Assembly (NCBI RefSeq): GCF_030144855.1
Contig: NC_082715.1
Span: 145,886,001 to 145,950,000 of the forward strand
From: Hypanus sabinus
Taxonomy: Eukaryota
Direction of reading: 5' to 3'
DNA length: 64,000 bases
The notes under the pieces are model-generated. The model did not search any database. It was not told the DNA's origin and saw only the letters and a program-made list of their open reading frames with translations. The position numbers and the translations under genes were made by a program. Of this stretch, positions 11,301 through 23,300 are shown piece after piece; positions within the stretch are counted from its first letter, which is position 1, and every line of letters starts with the position of its first letter.

Positions 11301-14300
11301 TTAACAGAATGGGAAAGTGCCAACTTCTTGGCACAGTTGAAGGGTTTCCTGACCTATTTTGCAGATTGCAGTGCTCTCACATGCTGTGTAAGAAGTGTCT
11401 ACTTCAAAACTTTTACATGGGTAAAGTGTTTGAGTTTCTCTATTTTAGTGTGAAGACACACAATATTTTGTATTATACTAATTTACATTGTATTTGCTGT
11501 TTCTACTTGTACAGTAATAATGCCGCCGTCTGCCTTGGATCAACTGAGTAAGTACCTGAATCTCTGTGCATCCTTGTACGACTGTTAAACAAAACAGTTT
11601 TCTGTCCAGCATTTAGTGCTAGTGACATGTCATCTTTCCGCATGCTTAATATTGCATATTTAAAAGTATAAAGTGGTATTTTTGAAACAAAAAAACTGTT
11701 GGGAGAACTCAGTAGATCAAGCATCAATTGTGGAGATTAAGGGATGGTCGAGATTTCCGGTCGAGACCCTGCATCAGAACAACGTGTAGACAGGAGATTG
11801 GCCACAAGGGGGAGTGAGACAGGTGCTGGCAGTTGATGGATGGAGCCAGATAAGGGAGGAATGATGGGCAGATGGAACCAGGAGATGGAGGGGATAGGAA
11901 AAGTGAACAAAAGGAACAGAAACCCAGGTAGATGGAACAAAGTGGGGTGAGGGTGTTGAGTCCGGATAGTGAGGGGTTTTGGGGTAATATGAATGACAGG
12001 AGAGAACCTCGATGGCCTGGTGGCAGTGGGAAAGAAACACAAAGGATGTAGTGTCCATGAAACTGCAAAATTCATGCTAACCTTTATAGCATTGTAGGCT
12101 TTTCAAGCAAAGTATGAAGTCCTGTCTTTGACTTCATAATTTTCAGTTCCTGTGGTTTATTAGCAGTGCTCAATAGGTTTTATGGTCACGTCCCTATTCC
12201 TGAAATATACCTTCCTCTTGTTTTCCCTTTTATGGCTGGACTGAAATAATATTTTATTTTTAATGGCAGGTCGACTGAACATCACATACCCAATGCTCTT
12301 TAAACTTACCAACAGGAAAACTGACCGAATTACGCATTGTGGTGTTTTGGAATTTGTGGCTGAGGAAGGAATCTGTTACCTGCCTCACTGGGTGAGTGTG
12401 TGTTGTTGTGGAATATGACTGCAGGGAGAATTAATCAGATTTATTTATAATGTGTACATTGAAACACGCAGTGAAGTGCGTCATTTACATTAACGGCCAT
12501 CACACATGAGGATGTGCTAGGGCAGCCTGCAAGTGTCTCTGCACAATTTGGTGCCAGTACAGCACGTTTGGCAGAACAACACAGAACACAATAAATACAA
12601 CAAAACACATGCTCCTTTCCTTTCTCCCACCTGCCCTCTCACCCATGCATACGGGCAGTCCATCTCCAGGGCAGGCTTCTGGGCCTCCAGTCTACAGGCT
12701 TCAGCCATCGGGCAATGACTTCTGGACCTCGATTCTCTGCGTTGACCCTGGTCTAACTGACGGTGGGACAACGAATTCCAGGATCAAACTCTCAGTGTAA
12801 CAACTGACCTGTATGCCTCTTACTTGTATGAATATCGACCAACCTAAGACATCCCTTTATCACCGTCAAATCACGGTATCACCACAGCATTCAAGTGAGC
12901 TGTGTGGGCATTGTATGCAGCTCCAGAGGAGTTAATAAATAATTTGAATTAAGGCAATGTACATTGTTAAACTTTATATATAAATTTACAAAATATTTTA
13001 AAATTCATTTTTCCTACCCATGTTGGTCCTTTGGATAAAAGATTAAAATTCAGTAACATATACTTTTAAATATTCTGTGTTGCTGGCAAGAAGCAGTTGC
13101 TTTTAGTAGTAAGGTCAACAATGTTCCCTCAACTCGTGGTACTGGACCAGATAAGCTGTTTGTTTTTCTTATTGGTGACTGTTGTTGTGCAAAGTTGTCA
13201 AACGTTTCCACTAGCAAGGTCCATAAAATATTTTCCATAAAGTGAAGACTTTACTTTTAAAAGGGTAAGTAATGTTTCAAAAATTAGTTCCTACCACTCT
13301 GGCAAATGCCTGGAAATGATAGAGTTTAAAATCACTGCTCTGTACCTTCGACTGATCTTCATAGTGAAGCCTGACATTTGAATTGAAGGAGTAGTCTCAG
13401 ATATGAGGTTTTCTGGCCTGGGGATGGTTTAAAAAGGGGAGCATGTTGCGTAGTGGTTAGAGTAGTGCCAGCAATCATTGATGGGGGTTCAATTCCTGCC
13501 ACTGTCTGTATTTTCTCCCCATGAGCGTGTAGGTTTCCTGTGGGTGATCTGGTTTCCTCCCACATGCCAACGATGTACACTTAGGATTAGTGAATTAGAG
13601 TGGAGATATTTGCAGACTCAATCCTGAGTGTTGCTCGTTGATGCAAATGGTGCATTTAACTGTGTTTCATGTACATGTGACAAAGAAAGTTAATCTTTAA
13701 AAAAACACTAAGGGAATTGTTGGGTGGTGTACCAATTATGAAGTGACTCTTGCTAAACCAGAGCTTGAGTGGTGTTAAATTGACTTGCGTTCCTTGGAGC
13801 AGGAGTTTCCAACCTGGGGTCCATGGACAGCTTGCTTATTACTACTGGGTGCATGGCATAAAAAAGATTGCGAACCCTGAGCTAGAGAATGGGAAACCGA
13901 GAATGACTTGACTTAAAATACAATTGGGAAAATACTGAGAAGCTCTTGTGGGCACCGAAAAAGCTGGATTAAATGCTGTTGAACGGGAGCTGCAGTCTTG
14001 AATTATTGAAGTCCTGGTGATTTGTCCGTTGTTGGGAAATTCCAGAATAAAGGATGGAAGATGTATTTTTAAACTGAGATTCCAAGTGACTTTCTGGGAA
14101 TTGTGCAAATGATGGTGGCATTGAGTGCCTGTTGCCTTTGTCTTTGTGGGTGGTAGATCGTGAATTAGGGAAGTACTCAAAGAAATGAAAGGAAATGTGA
14201 GGTTTAAAAATCAGAGTAGAATCATTTGGGATTTAAATCAGGAATGAATATTTTGCAGAAAAATTTGTGCAAACTTGTACTAAAAAGACAAAGTTAAGTG

Positions 14301-17300
14301 AACCAAATGTTTAAAAACTGAGGTTAATTGGTTTAATTATATGGTTAGAATGTGAATGAAGACAAGGATATAGAGTTGAAAATGGGTAGATTGAAAAAAC
14401 AGCCAATTCAAATGGAACTGTTATGCATATCCACTGCTATCTTAAGTTGACCAAACCATTGCGTAAATCTCTCTAACACTCTGGGTGCAGCAAGTATTTG
14501 TGTTAACTTGACTGGTTATGCTAAGTATGTAAAGCCTCTGTCTAACTGGTTGGGTTGGTAGATATTGCACTAAGAGTTCAGTGTGTTCTGGTGATTGAAC
14601 CCATATTTTCCCCCTCTCTAGATGATGCAGAACCTGCTTCTGGAGGAAGGGGGCCTGGTCCAGGTAGAGAGTGTGAACCTCATGGTTGCCACTTATTCCA
14701 AATTTCAACCGCAGGCTCCAGATTTCCTGGATATCACCAATCCCAAAGCTGTGTATCCTTCTGCAGTCCAGAACTGTTTCTACTCAATGATTGTGATTTG
14801 ATTACTGAAGGTGCATCTTCCAGAACTGAATTTTGCCTGAATTGTTATTTTTAAGTAAAATTTTACTACTTCATGGAGATTAGGTGACTTATAAATAAGG
14901 AGTGTATGACTTGATGTCGTAAGTTGACTTTGATGAATCAGAATCAGTTTTATTATTATATTTTGTTGGTTTGTAGCACTGCAAACTCCATGTGAATATT
15001 TGAGAAATTTGAAGGGTTACTTGGATGGTAGGGCTGTGGTCAGGGTGTAGGTCGATGGGAGCAGGAAGTTTAAATGGTTCGGCATGGACTAGATGGGCCG
15101 AAGGTACAGCACAGAACCAGTTCCTTTCTATGAACGTTATGAAATGTTATAAGCCAGAGTACGATATACTTATCTGGTCATCATTCTATAGGAAGGATGT
15201 GTTTGTACTGGAGAGGGGGGAAAAAGGAGATGCAATGGGATGTTGTCTAGAAGTGGAGCATTTTTGTTATGAGGTGTATGACTCGACACAGTTTTCTGTT
15301 GCGCAGAGGAGGCTGAAGGGGGGCCTGAAATTTGCAAGCTGCATTTAAGGTATACAATGAGAATCCTCTTCCTTCGTCCAACCCCCCCACTCAATAGAAA
15401 TGATTAAAACTAAGGGCTTAAATGGTAAGGGACCAATAGTTTAGAGAGGATCCAAGGAAAAAGAGTGGCTGGAACTTAGAATGCACTGCTGAGGGAGTGT
15501 TGGGGGTCATGACTCATATCTAGAGAAAAGCTCAGATTACCAAGGCATGACAGACAGACAGACATACTTTATTGATCCCGAGGGAAATTGGGTTTCATTA
15601 CAGCCTCACCAACCAAGAATACTGTAGAAATATAGCAATATAAAACCACAAATAATTAAATAATAAGTTAATCATGCCAAGTGGAAATAAGTCCAGGACC
15701 AGCCTATTGGCTCAGGGTGTCTGACACTCCAAGGGAGGAGTTGTAAAGTTTGATGGCCACAGGCAGGAATGACTTCCTATGACGCTCAGTGTTACATCTC
15801 GGTGGAATGAGTCTCTGGCTGAATGTACTCCTGTGCCTAACCAGTACTTAATGAAGTGGATGGGAGACATTGTCCAAGATGACATGCAACTTGGACGGCA
15901 TCCTCTTTTCAGACACCACCGTCAGAGAGTCCAGTTCCACCCCCACAACATCACTGGCCTGACGAATAAGTTTGTTGATTCTGTTGGTGTCTGCTACCCT
16001 CAGCCTGCTGCTCCAGCATACAACAGCAAACATGATAGCACTGGCCACCACAGCCTCGTAGAACATCTTTGCCATTGTCTGGCATATGTTAAATGACCTC
16101 AGTCTCCTCAGGAAATAGAGGCGGCTCTGACCCTTCTTGTAGACAGCCTCGATGTTCTTTGACCAGGCCAGTTTATTGTCCATTCATATCCCCAGGTATT
16201 TGTAATCCTCCACCATGTCCACACTGACCCCTTGGATGGAAACAGGGGTCACCAGTGCCTTAGCTCTCCTCAGGTCCACCACCAGCTCCTTAGTCTTTTT
16301 CACATTAAGCTGCAGATGATTCTGCTCGCACCATGTGACAAAGTTTCCCACCGTAGCCCTGTACTCAGCCTCATCTCCCTTGCTGATGCATCCAACTATG
16401 GCAGGGTCATCAGAAAACTTCTGAAGATGGCAAAGCTGCTGATTAAATAAAATTAGTTTGAATGGTCAGGAATTAATGTTTTGTGTCGAAGATCCTTCCT
16501 TGGAGCTAACCCTGAGATTACCTATTTTCATTACATTATCTCAAATCTGTCCATGAGTTCAGTGCTGGAAGTATTTGTGATAAATGTTCAGCTTTGTGCT
16601 CCTGCAGTTGGTGTCCTCCTTAATGTTCAACTCAGATTAGAAAATGCCCTGAGGAACTTCGCCTGCTTGACCACTGGTGACGTCATTGCCATCAACTACA
16701 ATGAGAAGGTGAGTGGTCCGTGGTCCATGGGCAGGGATTTTCATTAACTCCGTTACTTCTGCTGTCTGACAGATACACAGCTTCAAGTTAGAGTTACTCC
16801 TCGTTCATGGCTCTGCACTGTTGATAGAGGATGCAGAGAAAGGACTTCTGATGATCAAGTTGATCTGAAAGTTTTTAAAATTGGACTGCAGAAATAGATG
16901 GCATTTAAAGATTTAAATTTTACTTTGAACTCTAACACAGTCATATAGATTGGGGCATATTGGAGGAAACTTTAGAGTTACCTTATGAGAACATTTCCTG
17001 CCACAATCATACCTTGGTTTTGGTGTACATATGTAATATCGCTAACGTTCATCCAGAACAGTTAGGAAGACGACTGACTGTAGAGTGAAAGTTGATGTTC
17101 CAGTTCAAAATGTCTTTTCCCCATAGGCCTGAACAACGTGTCTCACTGTGTGTAATGTATTAAGTCACTCAGATACATCCATTAAACAAACTCAGTGTAT
17201 TATATCAGACTGCATGAAACTGAGATGCTGTGCTTTGGCCAGCCCGTACACAAAGGAAAAGTTTCTTTCGAAGATTTTCTGTGTTTCAGATCTATGAGCT

Positions 17301-20300
17301 CCGGGTCATGGAAACTAAACCAGACAAAGCTGTTTCCATCATCGAGTGCGACATGAACGTAAGTTTCATTCTGTCTTGAAGTTTTGTGAATATATTTTAA
17401 TAGCACACAGTAAGGAGACTGTGTTTGCCTGTTCTATCAATATGCTGTTGTCTCACCAGGTGCCCTGCAGAAGTATTCAAGGTGGCAATCTTAGTGCAAT
17501 GGCATTGTTAACTTGCATTAGATGGTCAAGAATTCAAATCCCAGATAAACTATAGAGCAAACAAGAGAAAATCTGCAGATCTGGGAAATCTGAGTAACAC
17601 ACACAAAATGCTGGAGGAACTCAGCAGTCCTGCCAAAGGGTTTCGGCCTGAAAAGTTTGTTTTTTTTCCCAATGTTTTTATTGAATTTCATATGCACAAA
17701 TACAGAATTCATAAGGATGCTTATTATAAATCAAAATAAGATAGCACAAAATGCACTATATATAAATCATAGTGATACGATCACAGTATCCCATATTGAT
17801 GATCTATCAAATAAAATAATGATGAAATACATTAGTATGGATAATTATTTAAAAAAAACTATACCCCTACCAAGACAAAGTTGGTTGGAGAAAGAATAGT
17901 ACAGCACATTACAGGCCCTTTGGCCCACAATGTTGTGCCGACCCTCAAACCCTGCCTCCCATATAACCCTCCACCTTAAATTCCTCCATATACTTGTCTA
18001 GTAGTCTCTTAAACTTCACTAGTGTATCTGCCTCCACCACTGACTCAGGCAATGCATTCCACGCACCAACCACTCTCTCAGTGAAAAACCTTCCTCTAAT
18101 ATCCCCTTTGAACTTCCCTCCCCTTACCTTAAAGCCATGTCCTCTTGTACTGAGCAGTGGTGCCCTGGGGAAGAGGCGCTGGCTGTCCACTCTGTCTATT
18201 CCTCTTAATATCGTGTTACACCTCTATCATGTCTCCTCTCCAAACAGCAAAGCCCTAGCGCCCTTAATCTCTGATCATAATCCATACTCTCTAAACCAGG
18301 CAGCATCCTGGTAAATCTCCTCTGTACCCTTTCCAATGCTTCCACATCCTTCCTATAGTGAGGTGACCAGAACTGGACACAGTACTCCAAGTATGGCCTA
18401 ACCAGAGTTTTATAGAGCTGCATCATTACATCACGTCTCTTAAACTCTATCCCTCGACTTATGAAAGCTAACACCCCATAAGCTTTTTTAACTACCCTAT
18501 CTATCTGTGAGGCAACTTTCAGGGATCTGTGGACATGTACTCCCAGATCTCTCTGCTCCTCCACACTACCAAGTATCCTGCCTATTACTTTGTACTCTGC
18601 CTTGGAGTTTGTCCATCCAAAGTGTACCACCTCACACCTCTCCGGGTTGAACTCCATCTGCCACTTCTCAGCCCACTTCTGCATCCTGTCAATCTCTCTC
18701 TGCCACCTTTGACAATCCTCTACACTATCTACAACACCACCACCAACCTTTGTGTCATCTGCAACTTGCCAACCCACCCTTCTACCCCCACATCCGGGTC
18801 GTTAATAAAAATCACAAGAAGTAGAGGTCCCAGAACAGATCCCAGTGGGACACCACTAGTCATAACCCTCTAATCTGAATGTACTCCCTCCACCACAACC
18901 TTCTGCCTTCTGCAGGCAAGCCAATTCTGAATCCACCTGGCCAAACTTCCCTGGATCCCATGCCTTCTGACTTTCTGAATAAGCCTACCGTGTGGAACCT
19001 TGTCAAATGACTTACTAAAATCCATGTAGATCACATCCATTGCACTACCCTCATCTATATGCCTGGTCACCTCCTCAAGGAACTCTATCAGGCTTGTTAG
19101 GCATGATCTGCCCTTCACAAAGCCATGCTGACTGTCCCTGATCAGACCATGATTCTCTAAATGCCCATAGATCCTATCTCTAAGAATCTTTTCCAACAGC
19201 TTTCCCACCACAGACGTAAGGCTCACTGGTCTATAATTACCTGGACTATCCCTACTACCTTTTTTGAACAAGGGGACAACATTTGCCTCCCTCCAATCCT
19301 CTGGTACCATTCCCGTGGACAACATGGTTCCCTCTCAGGAAAAAAAAGAAAAGAATACTTTACCATATACAGGTTTCCCCCGCTATTTGAAGGTAGAGTG
19401 TTTCTGTGAAACGGTTCGTAAGCTGGAATGTCGTAAGGTGAAGAAGCAATTACCATTTATTTATATGGGAAAAATTTGTGAGCGTTCGCAGACCCAAAAA
19501 AAATAACCTACCAAATCATGCAAATAACACATTAACCCTAAAATAACAGTAACATATAGTAAAAGTAAATGCAGTATAGTGTATAGTATAGTAAATGATA
19601 TGATAAATACACAGCCTATTTAATGTAGGAATACTTTTCCACAATTATTGCAGCATTGTCCACTGTAGTGAAAATCTCACGCAAGCACTCTCGGCAGCAG
19701 TCGTGGCTAAAACACACAGTGCAAGCGCTCCTGGCAGAAGCACTTTTTCCAGTAACCTTTAAGCTATGAAGCTACCAAATAACAGATAAAAATAGACAGC
19801 CTATATAAAGTAGAAATAATGTACGCCCAGTGTAGTTTCACTTACCAAATTGGGAAGACAGTGAGGACACTGTTGATGGCGTGTTAGGCTGAGTTGTCGG
19901 AGGTTGGGATGGTGGGACACTGGGGTGTCATCTCATCGTCGTCTGTTTTCATCAGGGCAGGCAGGTCACCTTCTTCTATGTCTGCCTACCTCAATGTTGC
20001 AGGTCAAGTTTCGTCGTCTGCTGTGGCTGATGTGCAAGGCTTGAAAAATGACAGTATGCTTGACTGCTTAGCCTCGCCCATTGTTCTATCATACAGTTCT
20101 TTGTAAGCACTCAAACCATCCTGCAAATCTGCCCTAAACCTACGTACCTGTTCAAAATTAAAGTCATACTTTTCTGCAATCATTGCAGTGTTGTCAATCA
20201 CAGCGAAAATCTCACGCAATCGCTTCCCGTTGAGTTCTTGGACATCTTCACTTTTGCTACTGCGTTTGGCTTCAATTGCTATCCTTTCCTCTTCATCAGC

Positions 20301-23300
20301 TCTTCATCTGTCAGTTCTTGGTCATGGGATGCTAAAACCTCTTCAACATCATCTTCGTCAACTTCCACAAACCCTTAGCTAAACTCACTATATCCTTACT
20401 TTGTTCACCACGATCGAAACGCTTTATTATGTCTAGTTTTACGCTAAGTGTAACACCCTTGCGCGCTCTTTTAGGCTTTTCCGATACCTTAGAACTCATC
20501 TTGCTAACGGATGCACAAAGTAAATTGACATAAAGCACAGATACTCACAGGCATGTGTTTAAGCAATGCTGGCTGGAATGCAGTTCTGAGGGATGAGCTT
20601 GGCTGCTCAGGGTGCGCTGACTGTTTTCATAACAGTGGAAACACCTTCTGTTAGTGAAAACAGGTAACCAATGTGGGTCTGTTGTAACAGCGAGTTGACG
20701 TAAAGTGAACATTCGAAAAACGGGACACCTGTAGTATTTTATAATAATAGGCCAGGTCTATATTATAATAACAGTTAAAAGATTTTTTAAATAGCTCAGA
20801 AAGGGTCCCCACAATGTATGAAAATCTTAGTTAGAATTGGAAATCGAACAAAGAATCTTCTCTAGATTTATACATGACATAACATCACATAACCATTGAG
20901 CATGTGGGGGGGCAGTCTCCTTCCATTTAAGCAAGATCGTCCTCCTAGCCATAAGAGAAATAGATTGAGACTGATTGAGAAGGCTCCAAAATTATAGTTC
21001 TTCCCTCAACAATACCAAAAAGGCAGTTAAAGGATTGGGCTTAAAACTAACTTTAAAAAGTACAGAAAAAGTTTGGAATACATCTTTCCAATATTTTCAA
21101 GGCTCAAACATAACCTAAACATATGGATTAACGGAGCCCCTCCAATATTGCATCTGTCACAGTAAGGAGATATATCTGCAATATAGCAAGAGAGCTTGTC
21201 TTTAGATTTATGAGCTCTATGTACTACTTTAAATTGTAGGATAGAACGACAAGCACATAAGCCTGAAACGTTGACTGTACTTTTTTCTATAGATGCTGCC
21301 CAGCCTGCTGAGTTCCTCCAACAGTTTGTGTGTGTGTAAGCCATAGAGCATGTAATTGTTCTTAGTTTTTTCAATGCTGCGTTACCAGCTTAGTAAATCA
21401 AGATTCTGTTCATTCTCACAGTAGACTTAAGATATCAATGGCACTATTTGAAGAAACCGAAGGGAGTTATTTTTTGTAGCTTGTCGTTATCCTTGCACTA
21501 TCGTGAACTTTTCACATCACTGCTAGCTTTTATGTGCAAGTGAATTAGCAGCTTTTTTCGATGTAATTTTTGAAAATTTTGTTGCCTTTGAAAGACGTGG
21601 AGATGTCATAATAGACACCACCAAAATATGTTACTTATCTCTCTCATATTTCAGCCGTTCTCACTTGCTCAGAGCGAGTGAGGAGGGAGTCAAAATTCAA
21701 AGGGCCAAGGGCCAGCTTCACAGTACAGTCAGTGGCCTCTTTATTAGGTACACCTGTAGTCAAGATCTCATTAATGCAAATATCTAACCAGCCAGTCATG
21801 TGGCAGCAACTCAATGCATAGAAGCTCGTGGATATGGTCAAGGGACTATTGTTGTTCAGACCAAACATCAGAATGGGGAAGAAATGTAGCTTTGATTGTT
21901 GGTAACATCCAGGGTGGTTTGAGTATCTCAGATTTCCAGGGGTTTTCGTTCACAGCAGTCTCTATAGTTTGCAATGTTACGAACCCCGTAACTGGGTCAC
22001 TTACCAGCAAAGATAGAGAGATCCGTTGAAGTCTGATGGTACTATTTTTAACAGTATTTATTAGTAAAAATACACAAAAATAATATCAATGCAAACATAC
22101 AGATAATATACGTCGTCAATACTAAATCTAAAAGTGCGGGTATAATAATAATCAATAAGAAATAAGCTCTATCGTTGTCTAGGGGATAATGAATTGTCCG
22201 ATGGAAATATAAAGTTCATTTCAGTTCACACAGGCTTCAGCCTTTGGGGACCGCTGGGTTTGCAATTGTTGGGAAGAGAGAGAGAGAGAGATTCTGAGAA
22301 AAGAAACTTGCCGGCTTTCCTTGATCCGATCTTGATCCGTATTCGTCCTTTAGCGAGGCCGTTCTGTGGAGGACTTGTCATCCAGGCAAGGATGGACACA
22401 CACACAAGTCCCCACCGGTCTCATACATTTCTCCTGGTGTGTCTAAAGGGGTTGTTCCCCAGACCCGCTTTTATCCTTACTCACAGGGTCTCAGATGTCA
22501 ATCAGGTTGGGATGATGCAATCCCTCAACCAGCCCACTCTGGTCATCCCCTGAGGGCTTCAATGAATAGGATAGTACTCAATACACAATTCCGTCTCCAA
22601 GAGACAATGGCCATTATCCGTGGCTTTGTCTTGCTGAGGCCAGGACACATTCCAAAACCTTGAGGATTCTCTCTCATTTCCTGGGTCCCAGACCCGAATT
22701 AATAGTGATCTTGCGATTCTCAAAAAGGAGGGGGCTACTTTGTACCCTTTGGCCCCTCAGAGTTGTGGAACATTGGTAACAGCAGACAATTGTGAAACAC
22801 AACAAAAAAGCATTAGCTGCAGTGATGTGGGTAAGAATGTTTTGTTAATGAGAGAGATCAGATGAGAATGGCCGGACTGGTTCAAGCTGACAGAAAGATG
22901 TCTAACTCAAATAACCATGCATTACAACAAAAGAGCATCTCTGAACGCCCAACACATTGAACTTTGAAGTGGATGGCCTACCACAGCAGAAGACCATGAA
23001 CATACACTAGGTGATCACATTATTAGGTACAGGGCTTAAGGAAAACACTTCTGATATTTGGAACTCTGACCATTCAGGAATTAGAAGCTCCAGAAGATGA
23101 TAATCTTCCACTTGTTTCTTAAAGGCATTGACTTTAGATGCAAGTCTCCATTATTCCTGTATGAATCCTGGTAGTGAGTCTGAGTGACAAGCGACCAAAC
23201 ATGATTAAGACTGACTGCTCTCGCATCATGACTGTACATGTGATTTCTGTGGATATCATACTTGACTTTTTTTAGCCTCTTCAAAATCCTTTGTAGGACA

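Larger units (their letters stand above)
17658..21260 (-). mobile_element. L1/Tx1-type LINE 3' fragment interrupted by CR1 and Tigger insertions
   Basis: C-terminal zinc knuckle [10 protein letters not shown]...SPYCDRC...LIHMF (within ORF 21027-21374); T-tract and TTTATT at the left end; TSD GCCTGAAA(A/C)GTT at 17646-17657 and 21261-21272. Confidence 0.7.
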
